Shown piece by piece: positions 37,615 through 48,290 of a DNA stretch of 64,000 bases; the first letter of the stretch is position 1, and the number at the start of each line of letters is the position of its first letter. A model generated the notes under the pieces. That model was not told where the DNA came from and ran no database searches. It worked only from the letters and a program-made list of their open reading frames with translations. Source of the stretch: Tricharina praecox (lineage: Eukaryota). Location: positions 434,001 to 498,000 of the forward strand of contig NW_026250416.1 of NCBI RefSeq assembly GCF_024521635.1. Reading direction: 5' to 3'. The position numbers were made by a program, and so were the translations under genes.

Positions 37615-39611
37615 AGGGAGCATCCGTTCGCTCGGGTCAGAAGTGCTCCTTCTCGCATCAACATCCCATTACACCGTCACCTTACACACCACCACCACCA
37701 TCGCCCTCCGTCGTACATGGGGGTCGTCGTCGGCGCCGCTTCGCCACATAGATCCTTTGCCCTTCCGGCCGACGCGCTCCTCACTCACTCCCTCCTTCCG
37801 TCCTCCTCGCGACACACATTCATCGCCGTGAATTTGAATTTCATTTATCTCTATAACGGCATCCCACATCATCACCACCCATCTCCTAGGCCGAACTTGT
37901 GTATCCATCCAACCATCTCATTGTCTCTTCGCATCGTTTAATAGGGGGAAGGGGGGCTACGGCTACGGTTACGGTATTCTTTGTCATTTTCACCGCTTTT
38001 GTTTTGTTTTGTTCTCGGGTTGTTTTCCATCATCTCACGGGGTTTTTCCTTTTGCTTCTTGCATACTATGTATTCTCTCTCTCTCTCTCTCTTATGCGCA
38101 CATGCGCTGGTTCGGCGGTGCGAGAAAGGGACTCGAACCGCAAAGGAACCTGTATATTTCCTAACCCACTCCCTTCTTCTATGTATGTAGGTACTTACTG
38201 GACTCCAAAAAATCTTCTAGGTCTGTTTTGGGCTGGTTCTTGTTTTACGTTTTGTTTTTCCCCGGTTTTTTTTGTGTTTATATTATTATCATCTGCGGTC
38301 TTCCGTTTTCCTTTTTTTTTGTTGTTTTTGTGGATTTTGGATTTTGTAACATAGCCATCTTGCGGGCGTAACGGGGTGGGGTTGGGGGGTAACTATGGGA
38401 TGGGATGGGATGGGGGGATGAGATGGGTTGGATCATGGCGGGGGCTTCTTGGTTGTTGGTTGGGTTGGCTTTTACTTTGGGGAACAAAATATCATCATCT
38501 TTTTTGCATAGACACACAACCTCTACACAGCTCTTTCGTTTTGTGTTTTGTGTTTTGTGTTTTGCGCGTGTGTGGTGTGTGTGTGGTGTGGTGGTTAACA
38601 AGTATGGCGGCCCCAGCGTTGGAACTTGGACTCGGACTTGGGATGGAATGTGGGGATCCTTCGGTACTTCGTTATTTCAACGGGCGGGGATGGTGTGTGT
38701 GTGTGTGTGGACACTTGGAGGGGGCAGGGATCTCCCGTAATTATTGCAAAGGGTGGATTTTTGCTGGTGGACTCCAGGTGGACTCAAGGTGGAGATGGAA
38801 GGGTCGAAAGGGTCGAATCCACCCTATCTAGCGTCTAGCGTTTCTTGCAGCCTGAGCAGTGAGATGAACCCACCCACCCCAAGAAGGAGTTGTTTGCATG
38901 TGTAGAGTAAGAGGGTGGTGGTGGTGGATGGGATTTGCCGCTCGGCTATCTCCCGTTGTTTACTTGTAGATCCTATCCTATCCGTTGCTGTTCCTGTAGG
39001 CTGTTCCCAAGCTGGTGGATAGAAGGAGGGAGATAGAGTAGGTTCGCTTTCACTTTCTGTCGTTCATTCATTCATCGGTAGCTACACATCAGCTGTTGAT
39101 GACCAACCACGCACTCGGTCGGTTTGTCTCCCTCTCTCTTACTGGTGGTGTGGGCTATTTGGTGGGGTGGACCCGGAACCCGGCAAGTAGTAGTTAGGGC
39201 TTCTACACAAGTTCTGGGTATGTAGATACTCTACCTAGGGAGCCCGCGGAACTCCGATGGCCACTCGACTCTACAGCACTCCACAGTACCAACGACGTTG
39301 TCGCTGCGGTGCGGTGCGGTACGGTGCGCCCACATGAGAGGAAGTAGTGTTAGCTGCGCCCACTTCCTATGTAAGCTTAAGCCCTTTGGGAATCGGGCGT
39401 GGAAATGGGCGTGAGATGGGCTTGGATTGGGCTTGGAAATCGAAAATAGGCTTGGAAATGGGCTTGGAAATGGGCGTGGGCTTGCAGGCGATGGTGGTCC
39501 AGATGTTGGAGGCAGATGTGGAGCCGTGGCTTGTGGCTAGTGGAGTCGTGGCTTGGAACGTGGCTTGGGACGTCCTTCGGAGTCCGGAGGGAGTACTATG
39601 ATAGACGCTGG

Positions 39612-39659
39612 GATACGCTGATACGCTGATACGCTGATACGCTGATACGCTGATACGCT
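39612..39659. repeat. (GATACGCT)6 tandem repeat; a degenerate 12-nt GGCTTGGAAATG array lies just upstream (~39395-39570)
   Basis: Seen directly. Confidence 0.9.
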
Positions 39660-40023
39660 GTTACGGTAATATAGGCGTGATAGACGCCGATGGCTGGTCT
39701 TGGGGTAGGTGGGTTGGTAACTAGGCGGCGAGGCGGCGAGGCGGCGAGGCGGTGGATGGTCTGGCAGGTCAGAGGTGGGGTCGGGATTCTGGTCTTATAT
39801 GTGTACGGCGGAGGGGTTCGGCAAAGAGTGGTCGTCTCACCTGCGGACTCGATCCGTCGGCATGTGCGTTGTGAATGGGCTCCGACGGGTGACAGGTACT
39901 TGTTGCGGCGTTGGATAGAACACCGTAACGGCAAACATCATTGTTCCATCCTCGAGGTTTATATTCTATCGCAGGACCGATATCTAAACGCAAAAACCCA
40001 GATATCATACACGACCGCTCTCT

Positions 40024-41890
40024 CTATACATGTGTCTTCTCATCCGCCTTCCTCTTCTCGACCCTGACAACCTTATCGCAATTCAGCAGGCACAGCGGAT
40101 CGAACGCCAATTTGAGACGTCTCATGGCATCGACCGCCTCCACGCCCAGCTCCTCGGGGAGGTAATCCCGCTTGATCAGCCCCACGCCGTGCTCGCCCGT
40201 CACCGTCCCCTCCATCTCGATCGCGCGCTTCACCATCCGGTGCACAACGCCCTCCGCCACCTCAGTCTCGTGCTTCCCAAACAGCAGGATGGCGTGGAAG
40301 TTCCCGTCGCCCACGTGGCCGACAATCGAGCCCAGCAGGCCAGAATCCGTAATGTCCTTCTTGGTCTCTTCGATGATCTGCGGCAGGTAACTGAGGGGCA
40401 CAGCGACGTCGGTGGTCCACACCTTATCTCCATCGTTGCGCTTCATTGCCATAACGCTCCAGAGCGCTTCCTTCCGTGCGCTCCACAGCTCATGCGCTTC
40501 CACCTGGTTGTTTGCGAACTCGAACGATTTGGAGCCGTGCTTTGCCGCCATGGCCTTGACCTGCTGGATCTGCTCCTTGACGCCCGACGGCGTGCCTGTG
40601 AACTTGAGGAAGAGTGTCGGCGCCTCTTTCCAGTTGCGCGACGTGGTGCCCGACTCGTTGATGCAGTGCATCTGGACGTCGTCGAGGAGCTCGATGGCGG
40701 CGAGGGGCACGCCGGTCGCCATCACTTGTGCTACCGTCTCGGCGGCGGCTTTAATAGAGGGGAAGGAGGCGACGGCGACGGATTCGGATTGCGGCTTGAC
40801 GGCGAGCTTGAGTGTGGCTTCGGTCACTAGTCCGAGCGTGCCCTCGGAGCCGATAAACATCCGGGTGAGATCGTAGCCGGCGGAGGACTTCCGCGGCCGC
40901 TGGCGGGTCTTGATAATTGTGCCGTCGGCGAGGACGACGGTGAGCGCAATGACCCACTCGCGCATGGTGCCGTAGCGCGCCGCGTTGGTGCCCGAGCACC
41001 CGGTTCCGACCATTCCGCCGATCATGGCGCCTGGGCCGGGGTCGGGCGGGAAGAAGAGGCCGTCCTGCAGCAGGTCCTCGTTCAGCTGCTCCCAGCCCAC
41101 CGCCGGCTGCACAACCACGTCCAAGTCCGCCTTATGCAGCGTGAGGACCTTGTCCATCCGTCGGAAGTCGATGCACACGCCGCCCCTCGTAGGCGCAAAA
41201 TGCCCCTCGAGCGATGTCCCGCCTGAGTATGCCGTCATCGGGATCCGCCGCCCGTGGCAGATCTTGGCGATGCCACTGACTTCTTCCGTCGTCGACGGAT
41301 ACAGGATCAGGAATGGCGTGTAGCCCGTGTTGTGGAACGAACTCCAGTCGCTGCCCGAGTGCCGCTCGAGCTCTTCGGCGGATGTGGTGACGTGCTCCGC
41401 CCCCAGCAGTGTGACAAAGTCGGCCCATGACGCTTCGAGATTGGATTTGCTCGTGTTGTGCGAGGGCTTGGTGAGTGTTGATAGCGGAGAGGTCGATGAT
41501 GTCGGTGGTGCAACCGCCGAGGCGCTGCCGAGGTAGTAGAATGCGCCAGCGATGCAGACCATACCTTCGCACGGGGATTCGCATCAGCACACGCGACGAA
41601 TCCTGATCGGGGTCGGAGGAAGTAGGGGGCAAACCGAACAATCCCGCCAGCGTAGAACTACTTGCGCCCGTCGCCCGAGCACCCTGGACTTTCCCAGCGA
41701 GCAGTCTGGTCTCGGTTCTCGCCTTCTCCTCCTGTACTCTCCTCGCGGTCGAGTCGTAGAGTTGTCCGCGGAACGTGCGATCGGGAATCTTTCCATTCGC
41801 CGGGTTTGAGTTTGCACGCACCTGCTGCAATGGCCGCAGAGCGTTTCGGCGTGCGCGTGTCGCCGCGCGGAGTGCGAAGTGCGCTGGCAT
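40024..41890 (-). CDS. DLD1: Mitochondrial D-lactate dehydrogenase (cytochrome), FAD-linked oxidase family; 2 exons
   Basis: Arg/Ala-rich presequence MPAHFALRAATRARRNALRPLQQVR; intron 41565-41634. P.TTEEVS.I.KIC, YSGGTSLEGHF, VVVQPAVGWE.LNE.L, FFPPDPGPGAMIGGMVGTGCSGTNA.RYGTM, RPRKSSAGYDLT, GSEGTLG, WSARKEALW, TDVAVPLS, GHVGDGNFH, GTVTGEHGVG. Confidence 0.95.
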
Positions 41891-42572
41891 CGTGTTTGGC
41901 TGGCTGTGAAGTCGACGATGGCGGGGCGCGGGGGATGAGGGCCTCTTATGCGGTGTCGTTGAAGTTGAGTTTCGGGCAACTGGGGTGGCGGAACACCCAC
42001 CCCACTGACCCCACCACACGGCGGCTCGACAGCGACTATGCTACGGTAACTAGGCTCAGGCGGCCGCGCCGGATCGGACTTGCAAGTCCGCACACAACCC
42101 GCACGCTCCGGACGGAACCCAATGTCCGCCGGCTACGGTTTTGTTCGGACATATCCCGACAAGACTCAATGGCAATTGCAATGGACCCGAATGGGGCTTG
42201 GAAGTTGCGATTAGTTATCTCATGTCAGCCTGCCTATGACGAGTGGGCCGTCAACCCTTGCCCTGAGATTCCACATACCCAACTTCCAAGTGGTTATACA
42301 TAAAGCTGCAAAAATACTCTGGAGTTCTAACTTCTGCTGGCAGACAGCAGACCTCGTGTAACGCCGCACCCGATCTCTCTGCGAATCATAGACGACATTT
42401 CCTGTTCTCAATGCATGCAAGTTGAGCTGTACCACCTGCGGCTGAAGGGCTGAAGAACTCCCGTCACACAGACAGCCTTCCACATTGATATACCGTGAAC
42501 ATCTCCTCAGCTTCACGGATATGTACCACAGGTATTGGCCGAGCTCGTAATCGCAGACCATCATCTAGCGCA

Positions 42573-43607
42573 ATGCCTCGCACCTACATCCCCAATCCGA
42601 CCCTGCCCCAGAAAGCCTTCTACCTACTGCTCCTCTACTTCTGCAAAGTTACCTGGTCACTCGCATACACTCTCGTCCCTCCCTTCCTCCCAGCGCTCTT
42701 CCCCCCACCCACCCAAAAGAAATCCTACCCCCCCTCCCGCCGCCCGGTATGGTTCTACCACCCTACCACCTACCCGCCACTCCACGGCCGCAAACTCCCA
42801 CTATACATCAACATCCACGGCGGCGCGTTCACGTACGGGACGCCTCGGAAAGACACCCTCTTCTGCAGCCGCCTCACGTCGCAACTCTCGTGCCTAACCG
42901 CCTCCATATCCTACCGGCACGCGCCTCGGCACCCATTCCCAACGGCAATCCACGACTGCGCCCTGCTAGTGGAGTGCATCCTCTCCGACCCCGAGTACGC
43001 GGAGATCATCGACCGCTCGCGGATCGTCGTGGGCGGGTTCTCGGCAGGCGGATGTATCAGCCTTGCGCTGGCCCGCCTACCCGCGCTGCGCGAGACCTGC
43101 AAGTTCGCCGCGGTAGTCGCGTGGTATCCAAAGGTTGACTGCACGCTCACGTTTGACGAGGAGTGTGTAGGCCTACCGCACGAGGACGTTGATCACACGA
43201 TGTGGCTTTTCAAGCCCGCGTTCGAGTGGGGCGGTGCGAGAGGCGTGCGCTTGGATGATCCCCTGCTAAGCCCCGCGCTCCACGTGGCGGCGGAAACCCT
43301 GCCTGCGAGGGTAATGGTCGTTGCCGGGAAGAGGGATATGTTCGCTGCTGAGTGCGAGCGGTGGGTTGAGGATGTTGTGGCGCTTAGAGGGGGGCGCGAG
43401 GAGGTGGGTAGAGAGGGGCGCTGGAGGAAGGTGTGTGGTGATGGCGGGAAGGTCGTTGGCTGGTGGGTTGAGGGCGTGGGACATAGTTTTACGCATAAGA
43501 TCCCTAGGGGAAATACGACCGAGGTGTGGAGGGTGAGGGAGGTCACGAAGGAGGTGGTGGAAGGCGTGGGGGAGTGGGTTAGGGACGTTTTCGACGGGAC
43601 GATTTAA
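42573..43607 (+). CDS. Alpha/beta hydrolase, HSL/GDXG lipase-esterase family (Abhydrolase_3); intronless
   Basis: Oxyanion INIHGGAF, YRHAPRHPFPTAIHD, nucleophile elbow GFSAGG, putative Asp in AGKRDMF and His in GVGHSF. N-terminal hydrophobic stretch. Confidence 0.9.
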   Translation: MPRTYIPNPTLPQKAFYLLLLYFCKVTWSLAYTLVPPFLPALFPPPTQKKSYPPSRRPVWFYHPTTYPPLHGRKLPLYINIHGGAFTYGTPRKDTLFCSRLTSQLSCLTASISYRHAPRHPFPTAIHDCALLVECILSDPEYAEIIDRSRIVVGGFSAGGCISLALARLPALRETCKFAAVVAWYPKVDCTLTFDEECVGLPHEDVDHTMWLFKPAFEWGGARGVRLDDPLLSPALHVAAETLPARVMVVAGKRDMFAAECERWVEDVVALRGGREEVGREGRWRKVCGDGGKVVGWWVEGVGHSFTHKIPRGNTTEVWRVREVTKEVVEGVGEWVRDVFDGTI

Positions 43608-44188
43608 TCGTGATGTACATCAATAGAGAATCGCGGTGAAGTTGTGGCCAGTAATAGACTCTGGGATTCGGTTGCCCTGTGGTTTCTTCGTACTGGTAGC
43701 CATACGGGTTATTCGCTGTAGTGGGGTGGGAGGGTGGATGAGCAAGAGAAGAATCGCGCTGGAGAGAGCAGAAGATTACGGACCACACCTTGAGCCAGAT
43801 CCTGCTGTCAAAGTCAATGTGTCCACGCAGATAATTTGCGAATCAGAGTTTAACCCCGGAAACAAAGATTAAACTCATCAAAAGAAAGTGTACAGTACTC
43901 TCAGGCTTCACCTTCAACTTCCAAGCCTAATACAATCCGGTCCGGTCCATTCCGAGTGAGATCTGTGAACCGGGTTGCGGCTGTCAGCTGGCAGCGTCAA
44001 TGGGAGCCTTGAGGTCCCACTCCCATGACCATTGGTCCCAGCCGGATGTGCGAATGGGAGCTGCGAGTCTAAATGGCAGTGCGAGAGGGAGAATACTCGG
44101 TACTCAGGCCAAGCGGAACCAACGAATGGGTTTATTCGGGTAAGTTCCAACCCCGCCGTATTGACGAAGTCTGGAGTGCTTACATCCT

Positions 44189-44690
44189 ATCTCGCAGCTT
44201 CAGTCGGAATACGCCATGTTACATATGTGGATCAAAAACCTCGTCCCCTCGCTATGAAGCCAGGAAGACGATGTTTTTGTTTTAGAGGAAACCCGCAGGT
44301 AAAAACCCGGTCCACGTAAGGGCGCATTCTATCAGTCTGCTCTGCTCTTGCCACTGCCGTTGTGCTCTGCTCTTGCCGATGTGAAGAGAAGAGGAGAAGA
44401 AGGGAAGGAGAGTGGAGGGGAAGGGGGTTTTATATGTGGTCCGGGGCTTGGAAGGTGGAACTTCGACACTGGTGTATTTTGTGTTTTGTGTTTACGTGTT
44501 GCAAGAGCATTCTAGAATCAAGCACTCCGATCTGTTCCTAAAGTATCCACCAGATCACAGCCGGACAAAAATACCCCAGTGAAACTTACGAAATTCCATT
44601 CATGTCCCTCCCAGACTCCTGCGCTGGGTCTTGGTTTCACGAATGCTCACTCGTCGCCGGTGACCGGCCCGCTCGCCTTCCACGGGAACA
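44189..44690. repeat. Dispersed-repeat / LTR-like unit, copy 1 (direct repeat of 45088-45640)
   Basis: Shares long near-identical blocks with copy 2, e.g. GTGGATCAAAAACCTC..GAAGCCAGGAAGAC.ATGTTTTTGTTTTAGAGGAAACCCG.AGGTAAAAACCC.GTCCACGTAAGGGCGCATTCT, GGGGCTTGGAAGGTGGAACTTCGACACTGGTGTATTTTG and CGGTGACCGGCCCGCTCGCCT. Confidence 0.85.
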
Positions 44691-44711
44691 ATTAAGTTTA
44701 AATTTTTTCCC

Positions 44712-45060
44712 TCAATGCAGCCAGGACATTCTAGCCTTCCTTTCCTCCACTAATGTGGGCAGGCAGATATTAGAGGCTGGTGAGAAAGATGCAGCAAGTG
44801 AGGTGTCCGAGTGGGAGCTAAGGGAGCGGGAAGAGAGGGAGGAGCTGAGGCGACTCGAGGTTGAGGAGGGTGCTGAAGTTGAGGAGCCAGGGTCACCTCC
44901 ACTGTTCCTTCCCACTGCAACCCCCTTCGTGGCATCCCATTCTGAAGCGACAGGAGGCGAGGCGGATTCGGGACTCGCGGTAGAGTAGGGGCGAGTCGAC
45001 GGAGCGGACGTTGTCTTCTCCTAGTGTTATTCCTTTGGTGCGTTTATATTTGTCAGGCAG
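44712..45060 (+). mobile_element. 5'-truncated 3' tail of a fungal non-LTR (Tad1-like LINE) retrotransposon ORF2
   Basis: CSQDILAFLSSTNVGR...EKDAASEVSEWELREREEREE..PLFLPTATPFVAS (stop at 44988). Resembles from memory the C-terminus CSQAVLDFL..TDVGR....DA.SE.SEWE.RER...PLFLPTPSFMAS of fungal LINE RT/RNase H ORFs; followed by a T-rich 3' UTR-like stretch. Confidence 0.65.
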
Positions 45061-45087
45061 TCGTGTCGGGTTGAATGGTTATAGTGA

Positions 45088-45640
45088 ATCTCGCAGTTTC
45101 AGTCATAATACGCCATAAGCGTGGATCAAAAACCTCACCCCCTCGCTTTGAAGCCAGGAAGACAATGTTTTTGTTTTAGAGGAAACCCGAAGGTAAAAAC
45201 CCCGTCCACGTAAGGGCGCATTCTGTCAGTCTGCTCTGCTCTTGCCACTGCTGTTGTGCACTGCTCTTTTCAAGTGAGGTGAAGAGGAGAAGAGGAAAAG
45301 GAGGGAAGGAGCGGGGAGGAGGGGTTTTTGTACTTGGTGCGGGGCTTGGAAGGTGGAACTTCGACACTGGTGTATTTTGGGTATTGGGTTTTATGCTTTA
45401 TACTTTAACGTTGGGGGAAACCGTGTTGCGAGAGCATTCACACACTCTAATCCGTTTCTACCATCTACTAGACCACAGTCGGCCAAAGATACTCCTAAGC
45501 CGGCAGCGACACTTACGGACTTCTGTTCCTGTCTCTCCCAGACTCACATGCTAAGTATTGGGGATACAGTTAGTTAGTACTTGACACGGGTTGCTAACTC
45601 GTCGTCGGTGACCGGCCCGCTCGCCTCCCACGGCAAGAAA
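45088..45640. repeat. Dispersed-repeat / LTR-like unit, copy 2
   Basis: Direct, diverged copy of 44189-44690 with several indels. Confidence 0.85.
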
Positions 45641-46200
45641 AAGAACTTCCCCCCCACCCCGCCGCCAGTTTAGACAGCAAGTCCAGAGTTCCTTCGTGAT
45701 GCCTCTTGTCATTCCCTTCACCTTGTACGCCAGCGGCGTGATGTCGGGACGGGACTGTTCCAAGAGCCATGTCTCGGGTACCGCCCGACGTCTGACGCCC
45801 GATGTCAGCCGGCGGAACCACCAGCTTCCAAGCCGACTAGATATCGGACCCAGACTTCCAGAGACAGGAACTGACTGGCTGCGCAACACCAAGCAACACC
45901 AAGCAACGGCGAACAGCCAAACAGCCAACGTCGAATTAAGGGCTCCGCAGGGGTAAATTTATTTTTATATGACCTTTAAGAATTCATATCCTCATTCATT
46001 CATTCCAGGAATGAATGAGAAGTGAAGTAATTCATGGCCATATAAAAATTAAGGCGTACGCACCGAAGCAAAGCACTGAAGCACACAACTGCGCCACAAC
46101 TGCCACTGCCACTACCACTGCCACTGCGGACGTGCGCGTGCGCGCGCCAGCTCGAGTATGCGTATGTAGACACTCGAGTCTCGCACACGATAGAGTACCA

Positions 46201-46260
46201 GCCACTCCCAGCCACTCCCAGCCACTCCCAGCCACTCCCAGCCACCCCCAGCCGCCCCCA
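46201..46260. repeat. (GCCACTCCCA)6 decamer tandem repeat
   Basis: Four perfect and two variant copies seen directly. Confidence 0.9.
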
Positions 46261-47470
46261 ACGAGCGTAACTACCTTCTCGCCGGCTGCGCTCCCGACGG
46301 ATGTGGCAGGGGGAGGTTGAATCTTCCGCACCGCTGCGTATCCGTAAACTTATCCCCCCCCCCTGGTTCGTGCTTGCGGTAAGCGACAGATCTTCCCGCG
46401 GCGGCCCGCAGGCCGCAGCACTGCAGCAGCCACTTACGGGCGCGCGGGCGCGCGGGCGCTCGGGGCGAGGAAGTGCCGTCGTCTTGGGTTCCCGTGTATA
46501 TAGTGGGCTCTAGAGTGGACGTGTGTATGTATTATGTACCCAAGGTAGGTAGGTAGGCATACGTGAGTAGACGTGGGTAATGGTCTGATTGTTGATTTAG
46601 GCTCGAGGGAAGTACAATGGGGAGGTGGTGGGCTGGGCATGGGAGGTCACTCACTCACACCACGGGTGTGTCGCCTTGGTTGGGGTTTTGGCTGTGAGGA
46701 GGATCCTGTCGACGGGAAACGGGGAGGAAGGACATGCACCGTCATGATCTCACGGAAGGCTGGATCCGAATACTACATATCTATAATCAAACAAACAAGA
46801 CCGTATGTAGGATGATACTCTTGTTGATGTAATATCATACGGTACATACTTGATTGGACGGACAACTACTTGAGCGACAATTCCCAGGAAGCAGTTGATA
46901 TCGATATTTACGGGCCCACTGCGTGTAGATGGCAAACCCATCAACTTTCGTACATGAAGAAAATGAGAAGGAAAAAAACATCGAAGCAACCCAAAAACAC
47001 GCCAAAGCTCCCCCCACCGAACACCGTCTCGCGCCGCACGCCCGCCCGCCCCGAAAATTCGAAAACACCAACACCGTTATTTTTTCCCCCAACAACAAAA
47101 CTGAATAGAAGCCCGCGCCGATATGTTATATAATATTGCGATGTGACACATGCGTGTAAAAAAAGAGATGAAAAAAAAGAGAGAAAATGGAAATGACAAG
47201 ACATAGAAGTAGAAGTAGAGTAATATATGTAAGGTTCGGAGTGGGATTTGGATAGGAAAAAATCTACAGATCTACAGGCCCGTGAGAGAGGTATGTAGGT
47301 GTTGGGGGATATGTGACGAAATGAAATGAACAATGAATGATATGGCAGGATCCCGCCCGAGCCTCGGGAGGCCTTGATGATGTGTTGAAGAATGAAATGG
47401 AATGTTGTGCCCTCCCCGTCCGCCGTCCAAGTATCCGTGGAGATAGTTGGTATGGAGACGGATACACACG

Positions 47471-48290
47471 TCAATGGTGCTGGTGAGCATGTTGACCATC
47501 CGACAAAATAGGAGCCGCCGCTACTGGCACTCCACCGCCGCTCCCATCCCCTCGGTCCGCAGTAGCCATTATCGCTTTCTTATCCCTCTCGCGCCTTCTC
47601 TTGCCGCCTCCCTCCTTCTCGCCTCCCTCCTTCCCGCGCTGATTCCTCTTCCTCTTGCGCATCTGCTTCTTCTTGCATATTCTGACACGGTCAGTCGTCG
47701 CCCTCTCCAGCAGGCACAGCTGGAGCGAGGCCTCATCCGCAGTCGGATCGACGTCCATGTCATCATCGACCACCAACTCCTCCTCCTCCTCGTCATCCTC
47801 CACCCCTTCGTGCCCGGCCAAGTGGCTGTGTTTCGGGAGATTGTCGTTCCTCCGCTGCCGCGCAGTGCGATAGACCATGGCGACGTTGGTACCCCATCGC
47901 CCGCGGCGCATGGCCAGCACGTCGGGGATCGCAGGCGGAGCGTACACGTCTGCTTCCGGATCGATCTCGTCGTCGACCTGGATGGCTGAGAAGTGCGAGA
48001 CAAGCTCATACTGCGGCGAATTGCGCCGCGGGGGTCGGTAGTCGTCGAGATTTGGGACTTGCCTCGAGCGCTTGATCGTGTCGAAGCTAATGCCGGTGTC
48101 GATTTCAATGCCAATGTCGTTGTTAATGTCAGGGTCGACTTCAATGCCTGTGTCGTGCGTGGTTTCCAAAAAGATGGGCTGGTATTGAGGTTGCGGCGCC
48201 GCCGGCAGAGGTGAAGATGTCGATACGTCCAATGGGGCAGGGTGCTGCGGAACAAGAGGCGGAGGTTGCGGTGGGATAAAGGTGTGCATC
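47471..48290 (-). CDS. Hypothetical ~270-aa protein (Pro-rich N-terminus, acidic then basic tracts)
   Basis: Uninterrupted GC3-rich ORF MHTFIPPQPPP..DTGIEVD/DIGIEID repeat..DVLAMRRGRWGTNVAMVY..EDDEEEEE..KKKQMRKRKR. No family recognised. Confidence 0.45.

Noticed and set aside
44279..44310. GTTTTAGAG resembling a Cas9 repeat, and CTGATAGA/CTGACAGA (minus strand) resembling a hammerhead core
   Set aside because: Only a 9-nt coincidence within a duplicated repeat; CUGANGA..GAAA with proper stems could not be built.
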